Assembly: GCA_965204535.1 (NCBI GenBank)
Contig: CBDBEV010000001.1
Coordinates: forward strand, 2,784,001-2,848,000
Direction: 5' to 3'
Origin: a bacterium
Lineage (GTDB): Bacteria > UBA8248
DNA: 64,000 nt
Shown: positions 1 to 9,643 of the stretch, piece by piece
Numbering within the stretch: the stretch's first letter is position 1
Layout: each line of letters starts with the position of its first letter
The notes under the pieces: model-generated
Database searches by the model: none
What the model saw: the letters and a program-made list of their open reading frames with translations, nothing else
Told to the model about the DNA's origin: nothing
Program-made: the position numbers and the translations under genes

Positions 1-204
1 AATCCCTGTCTCGTTGAAAACGGCGGGCGGAAACGGTGTCCGCCCGAACAGGGTCCTCATGGCCGGTCATTATGTCAGATGAGCGGGGCAGGGGGAAGGG
101 GCCAGTTCCGAAAAAAGGAATCGACTCTTCACGGTTTGATAACTGTTTTGGAAATTGATTTTAGCCAAGATAATTGGTGTTTTTAGGGTGTCGTAATGTG
201 TTGC

Positions 205-234
205 TTGACGCTGAACAAATGATTTAGGTATTTT
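205..234 (+). promoter_or_regulatory. putative sigma70 promoter of higBA (probably leaderless)
   Basis: TTGACG (205-210), 18 nt spacer, TATTTT (229-234); ATG at 240. Confidence 0.4.
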
Positions 235-239
235 GCGCT

Positions 240-530
240 ATGAAGATTCGCAGCGTGGTTCACAAAGGGCTTCGCCGATTCATAGAGGATGATAACACGG
301 CTGGTTTCCAACCTGCGGTCGTGCCGAAGTTACGGCGTATCATTTCTTTCCTGCAAGACATGGATCGGGAGGAAGAACTACGAACCGTTCCGGCTTGGAG
401 GGCGCATCAGCTTGTCGGCGACCGCAAAGGTGTTTGGAGTCTGTCGGTTACAAGAAACTGGCGGCTCACTTTCCGGATCGATCAAACAGAGATGGAAATC
501 GTCGAGTTGAACTATGAGGATTACCACTAG
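240..530 (+). CDS. higB: HigB-type RelE/ParE toxin (plasmid maintenance killer family)
   Basis: 96 aa, HKGL..F, WRAHQLVGDRKGVWSLSVTRNWRLTF..NYEDYH; toxin-first order. Confidence 0.9.
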   Translation: MKIRSVVHKGLRRFIEDDNTAGFQPAVVPKLRRIISFLQDMDREEELRTVPAWRAHQLVGDRKGVWSLSVTRNWRLTFRIDQTEMEIVELNYEDYH

Positions 531-539
531 GAGGCGATC

Positions 540-851
540 ATGAGTGCGACGGGTGGCATACGAATGAAGATCCCGGCTCATCCAGGCGGGTTCGTGAAGA
601 GCGAGATCATCGAACCGCTTGGATTGTCGGTGACCGAAGCGGCGAGGGTTTTGGGAGTCACGCGCCCCGCGCTGTCCGCGCTGCTCAACGAGCGCGCGGA
701 TCTCTCGCCTTTGATGGCGCTCAGAGTCGAGAAGGCGTTTGGCGTCTCGATGGACACGCTGATGCGAATGCAGAACAGTTACGATATCGCCCAGACCCGC
801 AAGCGCGAAGATGAAATTGAACTCGCTCCGTATAAAGGACGAGTCGCCTGA
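540..851 (+). CDS. higA: HigA antitoxin (XRE HTH)
   Basis: PAHPGG..EPLGLSVTEAARVLGVTRPALSALLN..MALRVEKAFG. Confidence 0.9.
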   Translation: MSATGGIRMKIPAHPGGFVKSEIIEPLGLSVTEAARVLGVTRPALSALLNERADLSPLMALRVEKAFGVSMDTLMRMQNSYDIAQTRKREDEIELAPYKGRVA

Positions 852-920
852 GGCGATCTTGTAGCTCGTCGGTTAAGTGCCGGGTGTTCTCGGGCATTTC
901 GTCGTGAGTACGACAATACT

Positions 921-948
921 GTAGGGGCGGTTCGCGAACCGCCCCTAC
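921..948. repeat. GTAG-tagged REP-like palindrome
   Basis: GTAGGGGCGGTTCGCGAACCGCCCCTAC perfect palindrome between convergent genes. Confidence 0.85.
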
Positions 949-972
949 GAGTTCTTTCACGGTCGAAATGGA

Positions 973-1860
973 TCACGCGAGCTTCGCCCGGAAGAAGTCT
1001 ATGGTGCGCTTCCAGGCGAGTTCGGCCGCGGCCTTGTCGTAGCGCGGCGTGGTGTCGTTGTGAAAGCCGTGGTTCGCCTTGGGATAGAAATGCGCGGTGT
1101 ATTCCTTGCCGTGTTTCTTGAGCGCGGCCTCATAGGCGGGCCAACCCTTGTTGATGCGCTTGTCGAATTCGCCGAAGTGGAGCAGCAGGGGCGCCTTGAT
1201 TCTGGCGACCTCGGCCTCGGTCCTGGGCTGGCGGCCGTAGAAGGGAACCGAGGCGGCCAGGTCCGGCTTGTGGACGGCCATGGCGTTCGAGACGCCGCCC
1301 CCGTAGCAAAAGCCCACCACGCCCACTTTTCCGTTCGCGCTCGCGTCGGCCTTCAGGTGATCGAAGGCGGCGAAGAAATCCTGCAGAAGTTTCCCCTTGT
1401 CCAGCTTGCGCTGCATGACCTTGCCGTCGGGGTCGTTGCCGGGGTATCCGCCCAGAGGCGTGAGGCCGTCGGGCGCAAGCGCCGTGAAGCCGGCGACGGC
1501 CACGCGCCGGGCGACGTCGGCGATGTAGGGGTTCAGCCCCCTGTTCTCGTGCACGACGACCACGCCGCCGCGCCTGCCCCCGCCCGCGGGCCGCACGAGA
1601 TAGCCCTTGATCTTGCCGTGGCCCTCGGGCGAGGCGTACTCGATGGTCTCCCCCTTGATGCGCGCGTCGTTCTCGTCGACCTGCTTCGCCAGCGCGTAGT
1701 CGGGCGAGAGCATGTCGAGCAGGGCGGCGGCGGTGAGGCCGCCGACGGCGAACTTGGCCGCCTTGTCGAGAAACTCCCTGCGCTCGATGACGCCGTGCAC
1801 GTACTCATCGAAGAGGTCCAGCAGTTCCTGGTCGAAATCACTCGCTTGCTTGCGCTCCAT
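973..1860 (-). CDS. dienelactone hydrolase family protein (YghX-like)
   Basis: [14 protein letters not shown] nucleophile elbow, [12 protein letters not shown]; start re-called at MERKQ (1860). Confidence 0.9.
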   Translation of the reverse strand: MERKQASDFDQELLDLFDEYVHGVIERREFLDKAAKFAVGGLTAAALLDMLSPDYALAKQVDENDARIKGETIEYASPEGHGKIKGYLVRPAGGGRRGGVVVVHENRGLNPYIADVARRVAVAGFTALAPDGLTPLGGYPGNDPDGKVMQRKLDKGKLLQDFFAAFDHLKADASANGKVGVVGFCYGGGVSNAMAVHKPDLAASVPFYGRQPRTEAEVARIKAPLLLHFGEFDKRINKGWPAYEAALKKHGKEYTAHFYPKANHGFHNDTTPRYDKAAAELAWKRTIDFFRAKLA

Positions 1861-2044
1861 GACGGTCTCCTGGTTTTGGGAATGAATGAAATGATGATCG
1901 GCACCAGGCGGCCGGTGCGGTGGCGGGATTATACATCGTTTCCATGGGATGGCCATATGGCGTTCCGCCGGCCGGATGGTGCGCCCGCGCCCCCGTGAAG
2001 CACACGAGCGGTTTCCGGGAGCCTCCATCGCCCTCTCGGCCCGG

Positions 2045-2497
2045 TGCGCAAATGCGGACAGTTGCGGGCAAATGCGCGGGTTCCAATAAACTTTTTTTAT
2101 CGCTATATCTGAGTGCGCGGCGCTCATATTTGAATGATAACTCTTTATATAACAACCGGTTAAGCGATCAGAAATTTTCAGGAATTTATCGAAAAACCCC
2201 GTGAATTTATCGAATTTTACGGGAAATATCATTATTTTCATTTTTCCGTCGTTCTTGCTTCCGAGGGAGCGGCTCCTCTCCCGGCGCGGTTCGCTTCCGC
2301 CCGGGGAGAAAGAAACCGCCGCCTCTGCGCTCGACCCCTCATTCGGCTTCATGGGAAACCCTCTCATTCTTCATATCGACTCCATCCGGTGCGGGCCCGG
2401 ACCCGACCCTGAGGGAGAGTCCGGCTTTCCTGCGCCGCGCGCACGATACCGCAGGCCCGGATTCCGGGGCGTACGGCAAATGCGGGGAATTGCGGGC
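2045..2497. repeat. dispersed conserved element, copy 1 (copy 2 at 37769-38320)
   Basis: 61-nt block 2183-2243 identical to 37908-37968; shared GCAAATGCG motifs at both ends. Confidence 0.8.
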
Positions 2498-2528
2498 ATA
2501 TTTCGAGTAGCGAGGATTGCGGTTTGTA

Positions 2529-2588
2529 GTAGGGACAGGTCGTGACCTGTCCGGGGCCCCCGTGCCTGTCAGAGGTCGTGACCTGTCC
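2529..2588. repeat. GTAG REP-like palindromes (degenerate doublet)
   Basis: GTAGGGACAGGTCGTGACCTGTCC and AGGTCGTGACCTGTCC. Confidence 0.7.
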
Positions 2589-2655
2589 TTTCTCTTCCGC
2601 ATCGACCGAGGCAAACGGCCAAAGGCATACCAGGAGTTACTACGGGGGGACTACC

Positions 2656-2906
2656 TCACCCCAACCTCCCCCGCAGCCACCGGAACGACTCGGGCGCCCA
2701 CTCGGTGAAGTGCTTGAAGGCGCAGTGGCCGTCATCCGGGTAGACGCGCGCCTCCCTGCCGGTCACGGGGCCGTGCTCGAGCATGTAGTAGATGTTCCCG
2801 ACCGGGGCGAGGTGATCCTGTTTTCCGTTGATCATCAAGACGGGGCAGACGATTTTCTCCACGAGGCCCAGTTCGCTGAGCGACCAGCGCTTGAACAGTG
2901 CCTCTT
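2656..2906 (-). pseudogene. duplicated 3' end (251 bp) of the alpha/beta hydrolase at 6750-7901
   Basis: colinear with 6750-7000 with scattered substitutions. Confidence 0.9.
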
Positions 2907-3061
2907 TGTAACCGGTCTGGGAATGATTTGTAGGGGAAAAGCCCGATTACCGGATTCAGCCATTATCGTTTGGCGTATAAACAACTTTCGAGATAAACTG
3001 AATTGACCTCCAAGTCAGGGGGTCGCCGCTCCACCATGCAAGTGAGATAAAGAACACTGAT

Positions 3062-3595
3062 ATGAACCTCAAACAATTAATAGAAAAAATCAAACAAAGC
3101 GCACAACATAAATATTTATATCACTTTACCGACAAGGCCAATTTTCCATCTATCTCTAGACACGGCCTATTATCAAAAGAACAACTGCGGGAAAAAGGTT
3201 GGTGGCCGCCAGATGCTACAGGCGGCAATCAGCTAAGCTGGGAACTGGATACGCTACGCGGGCTGGATCCCTATGTCAGTTTATGTATGACACGAAATCA
3301 TGGGATGAAGTATCTTGCGCAAAGAGACGGACGGCTACCCAACCCTCGTTACCTGGCGATCAATCCAGAGGTTTTAGAGATTGAAGGAGTCAGGATTGCA
3401 TTTGGTGTAGCGAACTCGACCGGCGTGGACATCCTGCCTATTGCGGAAGGTATTGATAGGCTGGATATCGAAGTATTATATTCATGGACTGACTGGTCCA
3501 ATCCTGAAATTCAGAATCGGTTACAGGCTGCAGAAAAATTAGAAATCCTAGTTCCAAATGAAGTTCCCAGAAATCTAATTGTTGGGGTCTACTAA
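3062..3595 (+). CDS. darT: DarT (DUF4433) DNA ADP-ribosyltransferase toxin, DarT1 type
   Basis: YHFT..N..SI...GLLS, YVSL, C-terminal EILV; AT-rich; coupled to a NADAR-like gene. Confidence 0.8.
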   Translation: MNLKQLIEKIKQSAQHKYLYHFTDKANFPSISRHGLLSKEQLREKGWWPPDATGGNQLSWELDTLRGLDPYVSLCMTRNHGMKYLAQRDGRLPNPRYLAINPEVLEIEGVRIAFGVANSTGVDILPIAEGIDRLDIEVLYSWTDWSNPEIQNRLQAAEKLEILVPNEVPRNLIVGVY

Positions 3596-4276
3596 ATGGC
3601 GAAGCGGCCGGTATTCTTACCCGTCTACGATGGCCAGAAGCTGGTCGAAGAACGCACATTTTCTTTTGAATGGGCACCCGGGTTTTCACCAACTCAGAAA
3701 AAAAGAAACATTCATTCCTTGCACAGCGAAGCAAAGCGCTCGGGAATTAAAACCATTCTGGAAATTTCATCCAAGTCTGATGATGAGGTTGGAAAACGAT
3801 TAAGCGCTTTCAGCCTTAAATTAGAGATTGATGGTGCTGAATTCCCGCTGGAATGTGTCTACCAAGGTTCAAAGGTTTTTGAGAACTGCGGCCCATTTCC
3901 AGATCTCTTCGAATTGCAACCTATCGAAGCGAAACGATTTATCAGAGATAGGAACTGCGGAAGACTAAAATATTTCGAGCTTGAGGGAATACAATACCCA
4001 CTTTCTTCATGCCCGCTTTCTCCAAAAAACGCTTTTTATGATTGGCTCTATATTCGATGCCTTAAGAACCACGCTCAATGGATTAGCAGTAATGTCTCAT
4101 ATGACGGTTTTACCGATATCGAGTTTAACCCAGCCAAGCAAGTCAACTGCCAGGCTCGTGCATTTGCGGAATATCTGAGTCTCCTGAAACGGTCGAAATT
4201 ACAGGACGCGGCGAACAATTTCGAATATTTCATGTCGCTGCTGAATTCGACAGAATCGCTCTTCCTGCAAGATTAA
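3596..4276 (+). CDS. DarT1-associated NADAR antitoxin
   Basis: MAKRPVF, W.PGFS..QK, LEISSKS...G..LSAF, FYDWLY, FTDIEFNP.KQVNCQAR motifs. Confidence 0.8.
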   Translation: MAKRPVFLPVYDGQKLVEERTFSFEWAPGFSPTQKKRNIHSLHSEAKRSGIKTILEISSKSDDEVGKRLSAFSLKLEIDGAEFPLECVYQGSKVFENCGPFPDLFELQPIEAKRFIRDRNCGRLKYFELEGIQYPLSSCPLSPKNAFYDWLYIRCLKNHAQWISSNVSYDGFTDIEFNPAKQVNCQARAFAEYLSLLKRSKLQDAANNFEYFMSLLNSTESLFLQD

Positions 4277-4307
4277 GAAAAAGAAAAGGTCTGTCTGAGG
4301 TCCTTCC

Positions 4308-4460
4308 GAGTTACAGTCAAATCCGGTGTATATGGCCGTCCTGAATCCAGCGGCCATCCTGTCCGTTTCTCTTTCGTCCACGCCGTTGATGAACCTTACG
4401 TCAGCGATCCCGTCTGCGAGATGGCGGAAGCCGCGTAGCTGGCGCTTCCGGTTGTTCATG
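4308..4460 (-). mobile_element. IS256-family transposase C-terminal remnant with right end (partial second copy ~6577-6680)
   Basis: KRQLRGFRHLADGIADVRFINGV..AA followed by YTGFDCNS-type end GAGTTACAGTCAAATCCGGTGTAT. Confidence 0.6.
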
Positions 4461-4528
4461 GCGGTTTTGGATAATTCCAATCCACCGCGTCCGTTTCCCA
4501 CACACTCCGAATAGCCGGATATAGCCCC

Positions 4529-4653
4529 TCACCCCAACCTCTCCCTCAACCACTTAAACGATTCGGGCGCCCATTCGGTGAAGTGCTTGAAGGCGCAGTG
4601 GCCGTCATCCGGGTAGACGCGCGCCTCCTTGCCGGTCACGGGGCCGTGTTCGA
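4529..4653 (-). pseudogene. second duplicated 3' end (125 bp) of the alpha/beta hydrolase
   Basis: colinear with 6750-6874. Confidence 0.9.
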
Positions 4654-4655
4654 AA

Positions 4656-4898
4656 CTCCAGCGCCTCTTCCACGATGAGCCGCGTGGCGAGCTTCACCAG
4701 GTCGGCTCGCGCATCGGGACTCGATAGTCGGCCTTCGATCAGGTCGGACAGGGATTGGCGAGTGTGCATCGATGCCTGTATTCTCTTCTTCATGGGGTTG
4801 CCTCCTCGGTGGGACGCCGGCGCTCACCGGCATGGTTTTGTGTTGCCTCCGCCGAGGAGGCACCCCTCCAAAGTTTCCAGCAAGTTTAGGACTTAACC
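4656..4898 (-). mobile_element. IS256-family left end and first ~45 codons
   Basis: near copy of 6332-6573, ending GGTTAAGTCCTAAACTTGCTGGAAA (minus strand). Confidence 0.75.
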
Positions 4899-5066
4899 GT
4901 CTTGCACAATTCCCCCTTTAGCGTCTAACTTGAAGGGGGGGTTCGGGAACCCGGCGCGCCAAGGGACTTGGTCGTGAACGAGTCGTCCGCGCAGGCGCGG
5001 GGCAGAGGATGGGCGAAACGGATGACGGACAGTTATCTTGTAAAACGGAATAACCGGGAGGCGATC

Positions 5067-5918
5067 ATGAGGTTTACGCTTATATGGGGTTTTGCACTGG
5101 CTCTTGCGCTGTGCTGGCCGTTAAATACTTATGGAGTAGTTAATGCAATAAAATGTAAAAGTTCGGATAATTTAAACACGTATCACTATTTCCATGAAGT
5201 GGTAAAAAAAGATGCGTCAGAAAGTAGTGCTATATACACTTTAGGTTTTATCTCTGTATGTATAGGAAAAGAAGAGGAGGGCTTGTCTCATATAAAAAGA
5301 GCTGCTGATTTGGGACATATTTTGGCTATTAAGGTATTAGGTAAATATTATATGTTTAACAAGACTTTTGACTCATCCCAAAAAAGTGACGAGCAGGAGG
5401 AATTTGATGCGGCTATTTATTATTATGAAAAGGCGGCTCAGCTGATTGAGTCCCTGCCCCGTTACCCGGAAGGTGCTACTGTGGATATAAGAGAGGGTCT
5501 TGAGTACAAAACTTTTATAAGTTATCATATATTTACATATCTACCATTGCTTTACTTGAATGGGTACAGTAGAGCTATAGGGGATATTCTGAATAATCCG
5601 GAGAGGGTTTCCTACACGGATACTTTGGAAGCATTACATAAAATGCGTGAGGCTGCTGTTCGCTGTCTTAAGAGGCCGGCTCTTTCCGCCTGGAAGGAGA
5701 AACAGGAGAGGGTGTATGAGGCGCAACAAATTAAATGTGGGGCTTCATTGGAGTTTGCTGAAACAGTTTTGCCTTTAGAGCAACAAAGGCTTCAGGTGGA
5801 AAAAAGCTGTGTTGCTCACCCCAGCCAATGCTCGGAGCATCAGCAGGTGGTGGCTGAAATGACACAGGCATTTAATAAAATGAGGGCGGAAGAAGCATTT
5901 GCTCCCAAAGATTTCTAG
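5067..5918 (+). CDS. secreted Sel1/TPR-like repeat protein, Cys-rich, AT-rich foreign gene
   Basis: signal peptide MRFTLIWGFALALALC; A.YTLG..EEGLSHIKRAADLGH.LA..LG.YY and AIYYYEKAA Sel1-like motifs; RBS GGAGG. Confidence 0.65.
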   Translation: MRFTLIWGFALALALCWPLNTYGVVNAIKCKSSDNLNTYHYFHEVVKKDASESSAIYTLGFISVCIGKEEEGLSHIKRAADLGHILAIKVLGKYYMFNKTFDSSQKSDEQEEFDAAIYYYEKAAQLIESLPRYPEGATVDIREGLEYKTFISYHIFTYLPLLYLNGYSRAIGDILNNPERVSYTDTLEALHKMREAAVRCLKRPALSAWKEKQERVYEAQQIKCGASLEFAETVLPLEQQRLQVEKSCVAHPSQCSEHQQVVAEMTQAFNKMRAEEAFAPKDF

Positions 5919-5975
5919 GTCAGTATTTTACCTGGAGTTTTTTGTTGTAATTCACAGCTTCTGAATAGATCAGCC

Positions 5976-6573
5976 TCGACGCGAACTCCTGATAGTCTTC
6001 CCAGAGGCGTTCACCGAGTTCGGAGACCACCGTGCGCGAGAGCAGAAGACGACCGCTCTCGTCGGTGAAGACGTCTTCGATGTCGCGCACCGACAGGCCG
6101 CGCGCCAGAAGTTCCACCGCCGGCCCTTCGAGCGCCTCGGTGCGCCCCTTGAGGCCCTCGCGTATCTCGGAGCGGAACCCTTCCTCGCGCCCGGCAATCT
6201 GAGGCGCCGCGTACTCGATGAACCCTTCGGCCGTCTTCAGACGACCCGGGCGGCGGCCGTTGCGGTAGCCCTGGCCGGGCTTCGCGCCGTGTTCGTAGTA
6301 CTCCCGGCCCAAAGCGTCGCGGCTCTCCGCCTCCAGCGCCTCTTCCACGATGAGCCGCGTGGCGAGCTTCACCAGATCGGCTCGCGCATCGGGACTCGAC
6401 AGACGGCCTTCGATCAAGTCGGACAGGGATTGGCGGGTATGTATCGATGCCTGTATTCTCTTCTTCATGGGGTTGCCTCCTCGGTGGGACGCCGGCGCTC
6501 ACCGGCACGGGTTCATGGTTCCTCCGCCGAGGATGCACCCCTCCAAAGTTTCCAGCAAGTTTAGGACTTAACC
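5976..6573 (-). pseudogene. truncated IS256-family transposase (N-terminal ~165 aa) with left end
   Basis: EEALEAE..LGREYYE..GYRNG..LKTAEG..ARGLSVRDIE Mutator motifs; fused to an AT-rich tail. Confidence 0.85.
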
Positions 6574-6749
6574 CCCTCCTATCCGTTTCTTTTTCGTCCG
6601 CACTATTGATGAACCTGACGTCGGCGCTTATGTCTGCGAGATGACAGAAGCCGCGTAGCTGGCGCTTTCGGTTGCTCATAGCGGATTCGGATAACTCCAA
6701 CCCATCGCGTCCGATTCCCACGCATTCCGAAAACCGGATCATTCCCACC

Positions 6750-7901
6750 TCACCCCAGCCTCTCCCGCAGCCACCGGAACGACTCCGGCGCCCACTTGGC
6801 GAAGTGCTTGAAGGCGCAGTGGCCGTCATCCGGGTAGACGCGCGCCTCCTTGCCGGTCACGGGGCCGTGCTCGAGCATGTAGTAGATGTTCCCGACGGAC
6901 GCCAGGTGATCCTGTTTTCCGTTGATCATCAGGACGGGGCAGACGATTTTCTCCACGAGACCCAGTTCGCTCAGCGACCAGCGCTTGAACAGCGCCTCTT
7001 CTTTCTCGGCCGTGGTTTCGGGAAACGAGGGGCCGTCGCCGGGCGCGCCGAAGATGTAGGCCGCGCGCCTGTTCGTGTTGGCGACGTAGTTCGCCATCTC
7101 CGCCTCCGTCATGCGGTAGCCGAAGTGGTGGCCCGCGCTCGCCACGGCGGCGCGCACCTTTTCGGGACAGGAACCCGCCAGCAGCATCACCGAATGCCCG
7201 CCCCGGCTGATGCCGAACGCGCCGATGCGCTCCGCGTCCACCTCGGGACGGGCGGCGAGGTAGTCGACCGCCGCCTTCCACGCGACGACGGATTCGGGTT
7301 CGTAGGGAAAGGGGTTCTCCCCCGTGCCGGGGCCGTCCATCACCAGGGTGGCGAGGCCGTTTTCCAGGGCCATCCCGCCCGCCCAGCCGCGGTCTTCCTT
7401 GAACATGTCCCCGCCGCACATGACGAGGACGGCGGGGGCGGGGTTTGCCGCGCTCGCTTCTTTCGGCGCGCGGAAATGGGAGGTGATGCGCTCGCCCTGG
7501 CATTCTACGCCGACGACTTCAAGCGGCGGGTCGAGATGCTCGCACGCTCTCAAGTAAGCGCGTATGCAATCCTGGTTCGCTTGTTCCTTGAGCGGTGTGA
7601 GGGGGCGGGGGAATCGCGCGAGGCTGTAGTAGGTCTTGGCGAGCAGAAACTTCTCCCGCGCGGCGCTCGTATCGCCACCGGCGGCGAGTTCTTCCGCCTG
7701 CTCTTCATAGCGCGCGCCTATCCCGCGCCATACGGGAACCCAGAGATTATCCGTCGTGCCCTTAAGAGACGCGACGGCGCCTTTCAACTCCTCGATGTCC
7801 TCGATCATGGAGAGCCACCGGCGGTAGAAGCCGCCGTGCTCCACGACGAAGGGGTCTTCGCTGGGCGCGAAGGGGAGGTTGTCAAGGGAGGATTCGTTCA
7901 T
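6750..7901 (-). CDS. alpha/beta hydrolase (FrsA/DUF1100, DHPON-hydrolase-like)
   Basis: MDGPGTGE, GISRGG nucleophile elbow, D..GH triad. Confidence 0.85.
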   Translation of the reverse strand: MNESSLDNLPFAPSEDPFVVEHGGFYRRWLSMIEDIEELKGAVASLKGTTDNLWVPVWRGIGARYEEQAEELAAGGDTSAAREKFLLAKTYYSLARFPRPLTPLKEQANQDCIRAYLRACEHLDPPLEVVGVECQGERITSHFRAPKEASAANPAPAVLVMCGGDMFKEDRGWAGGMALENGLATLVMDGPGTGENPFPYEPESVVAWKAAVDYLAARPEVDAERIGAFGISRGGHSVMLLAGSCPEKVRAAVASAGHHFGYRMTEAEMANYVANTNRRAAYIFGAPGDGPSFPETTAEKEEALFKRWSLSELGLVEKIVCPVLMINGKQDHLASVGNIYYMLEHGPVTGKEARVYPDDGHCAFKHFAKWAPESFRWLRERLG

Positions 7902-7942
7902 CGTCTCTTTCTCTGCAAAACTGTCTCAAACGCCGATGGACC

Positions 7943-8181
7943 GGGGCTGTTGAAAACCCCCTGAGAGGGGAATGGCAACCCTCTGAAAGGGAAACCCCTA
8001 AAGGCAACCCCCCCTACCCCCCCTTGTCAGGGGGGTATAAAAAGTCGATGCGCCCCCGCTGGGCCGAGGGGGGTTTTGCTTTTTCTTGCCCCCCTGACAA
8101 GGGGGGGTAGGGGGGGTTGGTTTTCCCGTCAAGAGGGGCGTCCTCTCTACCCCCGAAAAAGGGGACTTTTTCCACAGCGCC
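7943..8181. mobile_element. IS1182-end MITE carrying a CCCCCCTACCCCCCTTGTCAGGGGG palindrome pair
   Basis: ends GGGGCTGTTGAAAA / TTTTTCCACAGCGCC; flanks GGACC/GGACT. Confidence 0.75.
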
Positions 8182-8206
8182 GGACTGTGGCGGATCAGGG
8201 ACGCAT

Positions 8207-8635
8207 CTAGACGTCCAGGTGCTCGTAGATTTCGACGACCATCCCGCCCTTGATGACGCCGTCGCTCAGGTGGCCTGCCAGGACTTTCTCGGGCTCGCCC
8301 GGCCCGCCGCTGATGGCCATGTGCACGTGGACGTAGGGCTGGGGTTCGTCCCAGGTCACGTCGCCGAGAGCGAGGGGCGGTTCGTCCGGCCAGGTGATGT
8401 TGCCGAGCGCCACGAGTTCGCGCCAGCCCTCGAAGTGCAGGCGGTCGACGTCGTAGCCGTCCATGCTCTTGAAGCCCGATATCATGTCCGTCTCGGCAAG
8501 GGCGCCGATGAGGAAAACCGAACCCGCGCGGATGTTCTTCTCCTTCACGAGGTCGCACAGGTTCGTATAGAAATTGTCTCCGGCCTCGAGCGTGACGCGG
8601 AAGATGCGGCCGATTCTCTTCTCTTCTACTCTCAT
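8207..8635 (-). CDS. PPC/DUF296 domain protein
   Basis: IGAL, ELVALGNI, YVHVHMAI, LAGHL. Confidence 0.85.
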   Translation of the reverse strand: MRVEEKRIGRIFRVTLEAGDNFYTNLCDLVKEKNIRAGSVFLIGALAETDMISGFKSMDGYDVDRLHFEGWRELVALGNITWPDEPPLALGDVTWDEPQPYVHVHMAISGGPGEPEKVLAGHLSDGVIKGGMVVEIYEHLDV

Positions 8636-8671
8636 TTACGCCTCCTTGTCGGATGATGATGGAGCCGGTTT

Positions 8672-9532
8672 CTAGCGCTCAGAGACGACCTCGTCATAAA
8701 GCCGTTCGAGACCGTCGCGGAAGGTGTCTTTTCTCTGCTGGAGCCAGTATTCGCCGCGCGTTTCGTCGGCGTGGAAATAGGTGAGGAATTTCGGGTCCTG
8801 GACGGCTTCGTCTTTTTCTTTTCCGGCGGCGACGACCTCGACCATGATCTCCATCATCCCGCTCAGGGTATTTTTGAGTTTTGTGGCCACTTCCTTGCCG
8901 CATATCTCCCCGTGGCCGGGGACGATGGTCTCGATATCGAGGCCCTCCACCCAGGCGAGCGCCTCAATCCACTCGCGCACGAAGGCGTCGCGCATGCCGG
9001 CCGAGGGGCCGTTGATCACGACGTCGCCTGCGAAGAGCACGCCCTCCTCGGGCACGAGGACGGAGGTGCACGCCGGGGAGTGGCCGCCCTTGCGGTGAAT
9101 CTCGAACGTGAGCGGCGGCAGGTGCAGCGTGAGGGTGTCTTCGAAGCAGAACTGGGGAAGCGGGACGGCGGCGTTCGTGATCTCGTCCGCCTCCTCGGTG
9201 AAGCCCAGGTCTCTCAACGTATTCACGAAGATTTCCTTGGAGAATGCGTTGTCGCCCTTCGATATCTCGTCGTAGACGAATTGGGGGGCGATGAGCGCCA
9301 CGTCTCCTTCGATGAACGAGGAACCCGTGGTGTGGTCGCCGTGGTAATCGGTGGCGATGAGGTAGCGCACGCCCTGCGGGCTTAGAGCCGAGACCTTTTC
9401 CTGCCAATCGCGCGAATCGCTCGGCCGCACCGGGCAGTCGAGGAGGACGACGCCGCACTCGGTGACGGCGGCGCCCACGTTCGCCCAGTCGTAGTCGGTC
9501 TCTGCGTATAGATGCTCGGACAGGCGCTTCAT
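8672..9532 (-). CDS. MBL-fold hydrolase (cyclase-like)
   Basis: TDYHGDH, GGHS, FAGD, VPGHG; start MKRLSEH. Confidence 0.85.
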   Translation of the reverse strand: MKRLSEHLYAETDYDWANVGAAVTECGVVLLDCPVRPSDSRDWQEKVSALSPQGVRYLIATDYHGDHTTGSSFIEGDVALIAPQFVYDEISKGDNAFSKEIFVNTLRDLGFTEEADEITNAAVPLPQFCFEDTLTLHLPPLTFEIHRKGGHSPACTSVLVPEEGVLFAGDVVINGPSAGMRDAFVREWIEALAWVEGLDIETIVPGHGEICGKEVATKLKNTLSGMMEIMVEVVAAGKEKDEAVQDPKFLTYFHADETRGEYWLQQRKDTFRDGLERLYDEVVSER

Positions 9533-9643
9533 GGCGGTCTCTCTTTCCGGTTGACGTGAATGAGGATGTTCGCGCAAGAATACCCCCAAGCATCCGCTCC
9601 GGCAAGACGCTCATACACTTTGGTGAAGGGGAGGAAACCCGTT

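Noticed and set aside
1-60. Possible start of a minus-strand gene leaving the window
   Set aside because: Only 20 codons are visible, with no recognisable motif or clear RBS.
1861-2367. 169-aa N-terminal extension of the dienelactone hydrolase
   Set aside because: Family-like sequence starts at MERKQ with an AGGAG RBS; the extension runs through the dispersed repeat element.
2656-7000. DGR template/variable repeat reading of the triplicated hydrolase 3' end
   Set aside because: Differences include non-adenine changes (for example C/G at a synonymous site) and there is no reverse transcriptase in the window.
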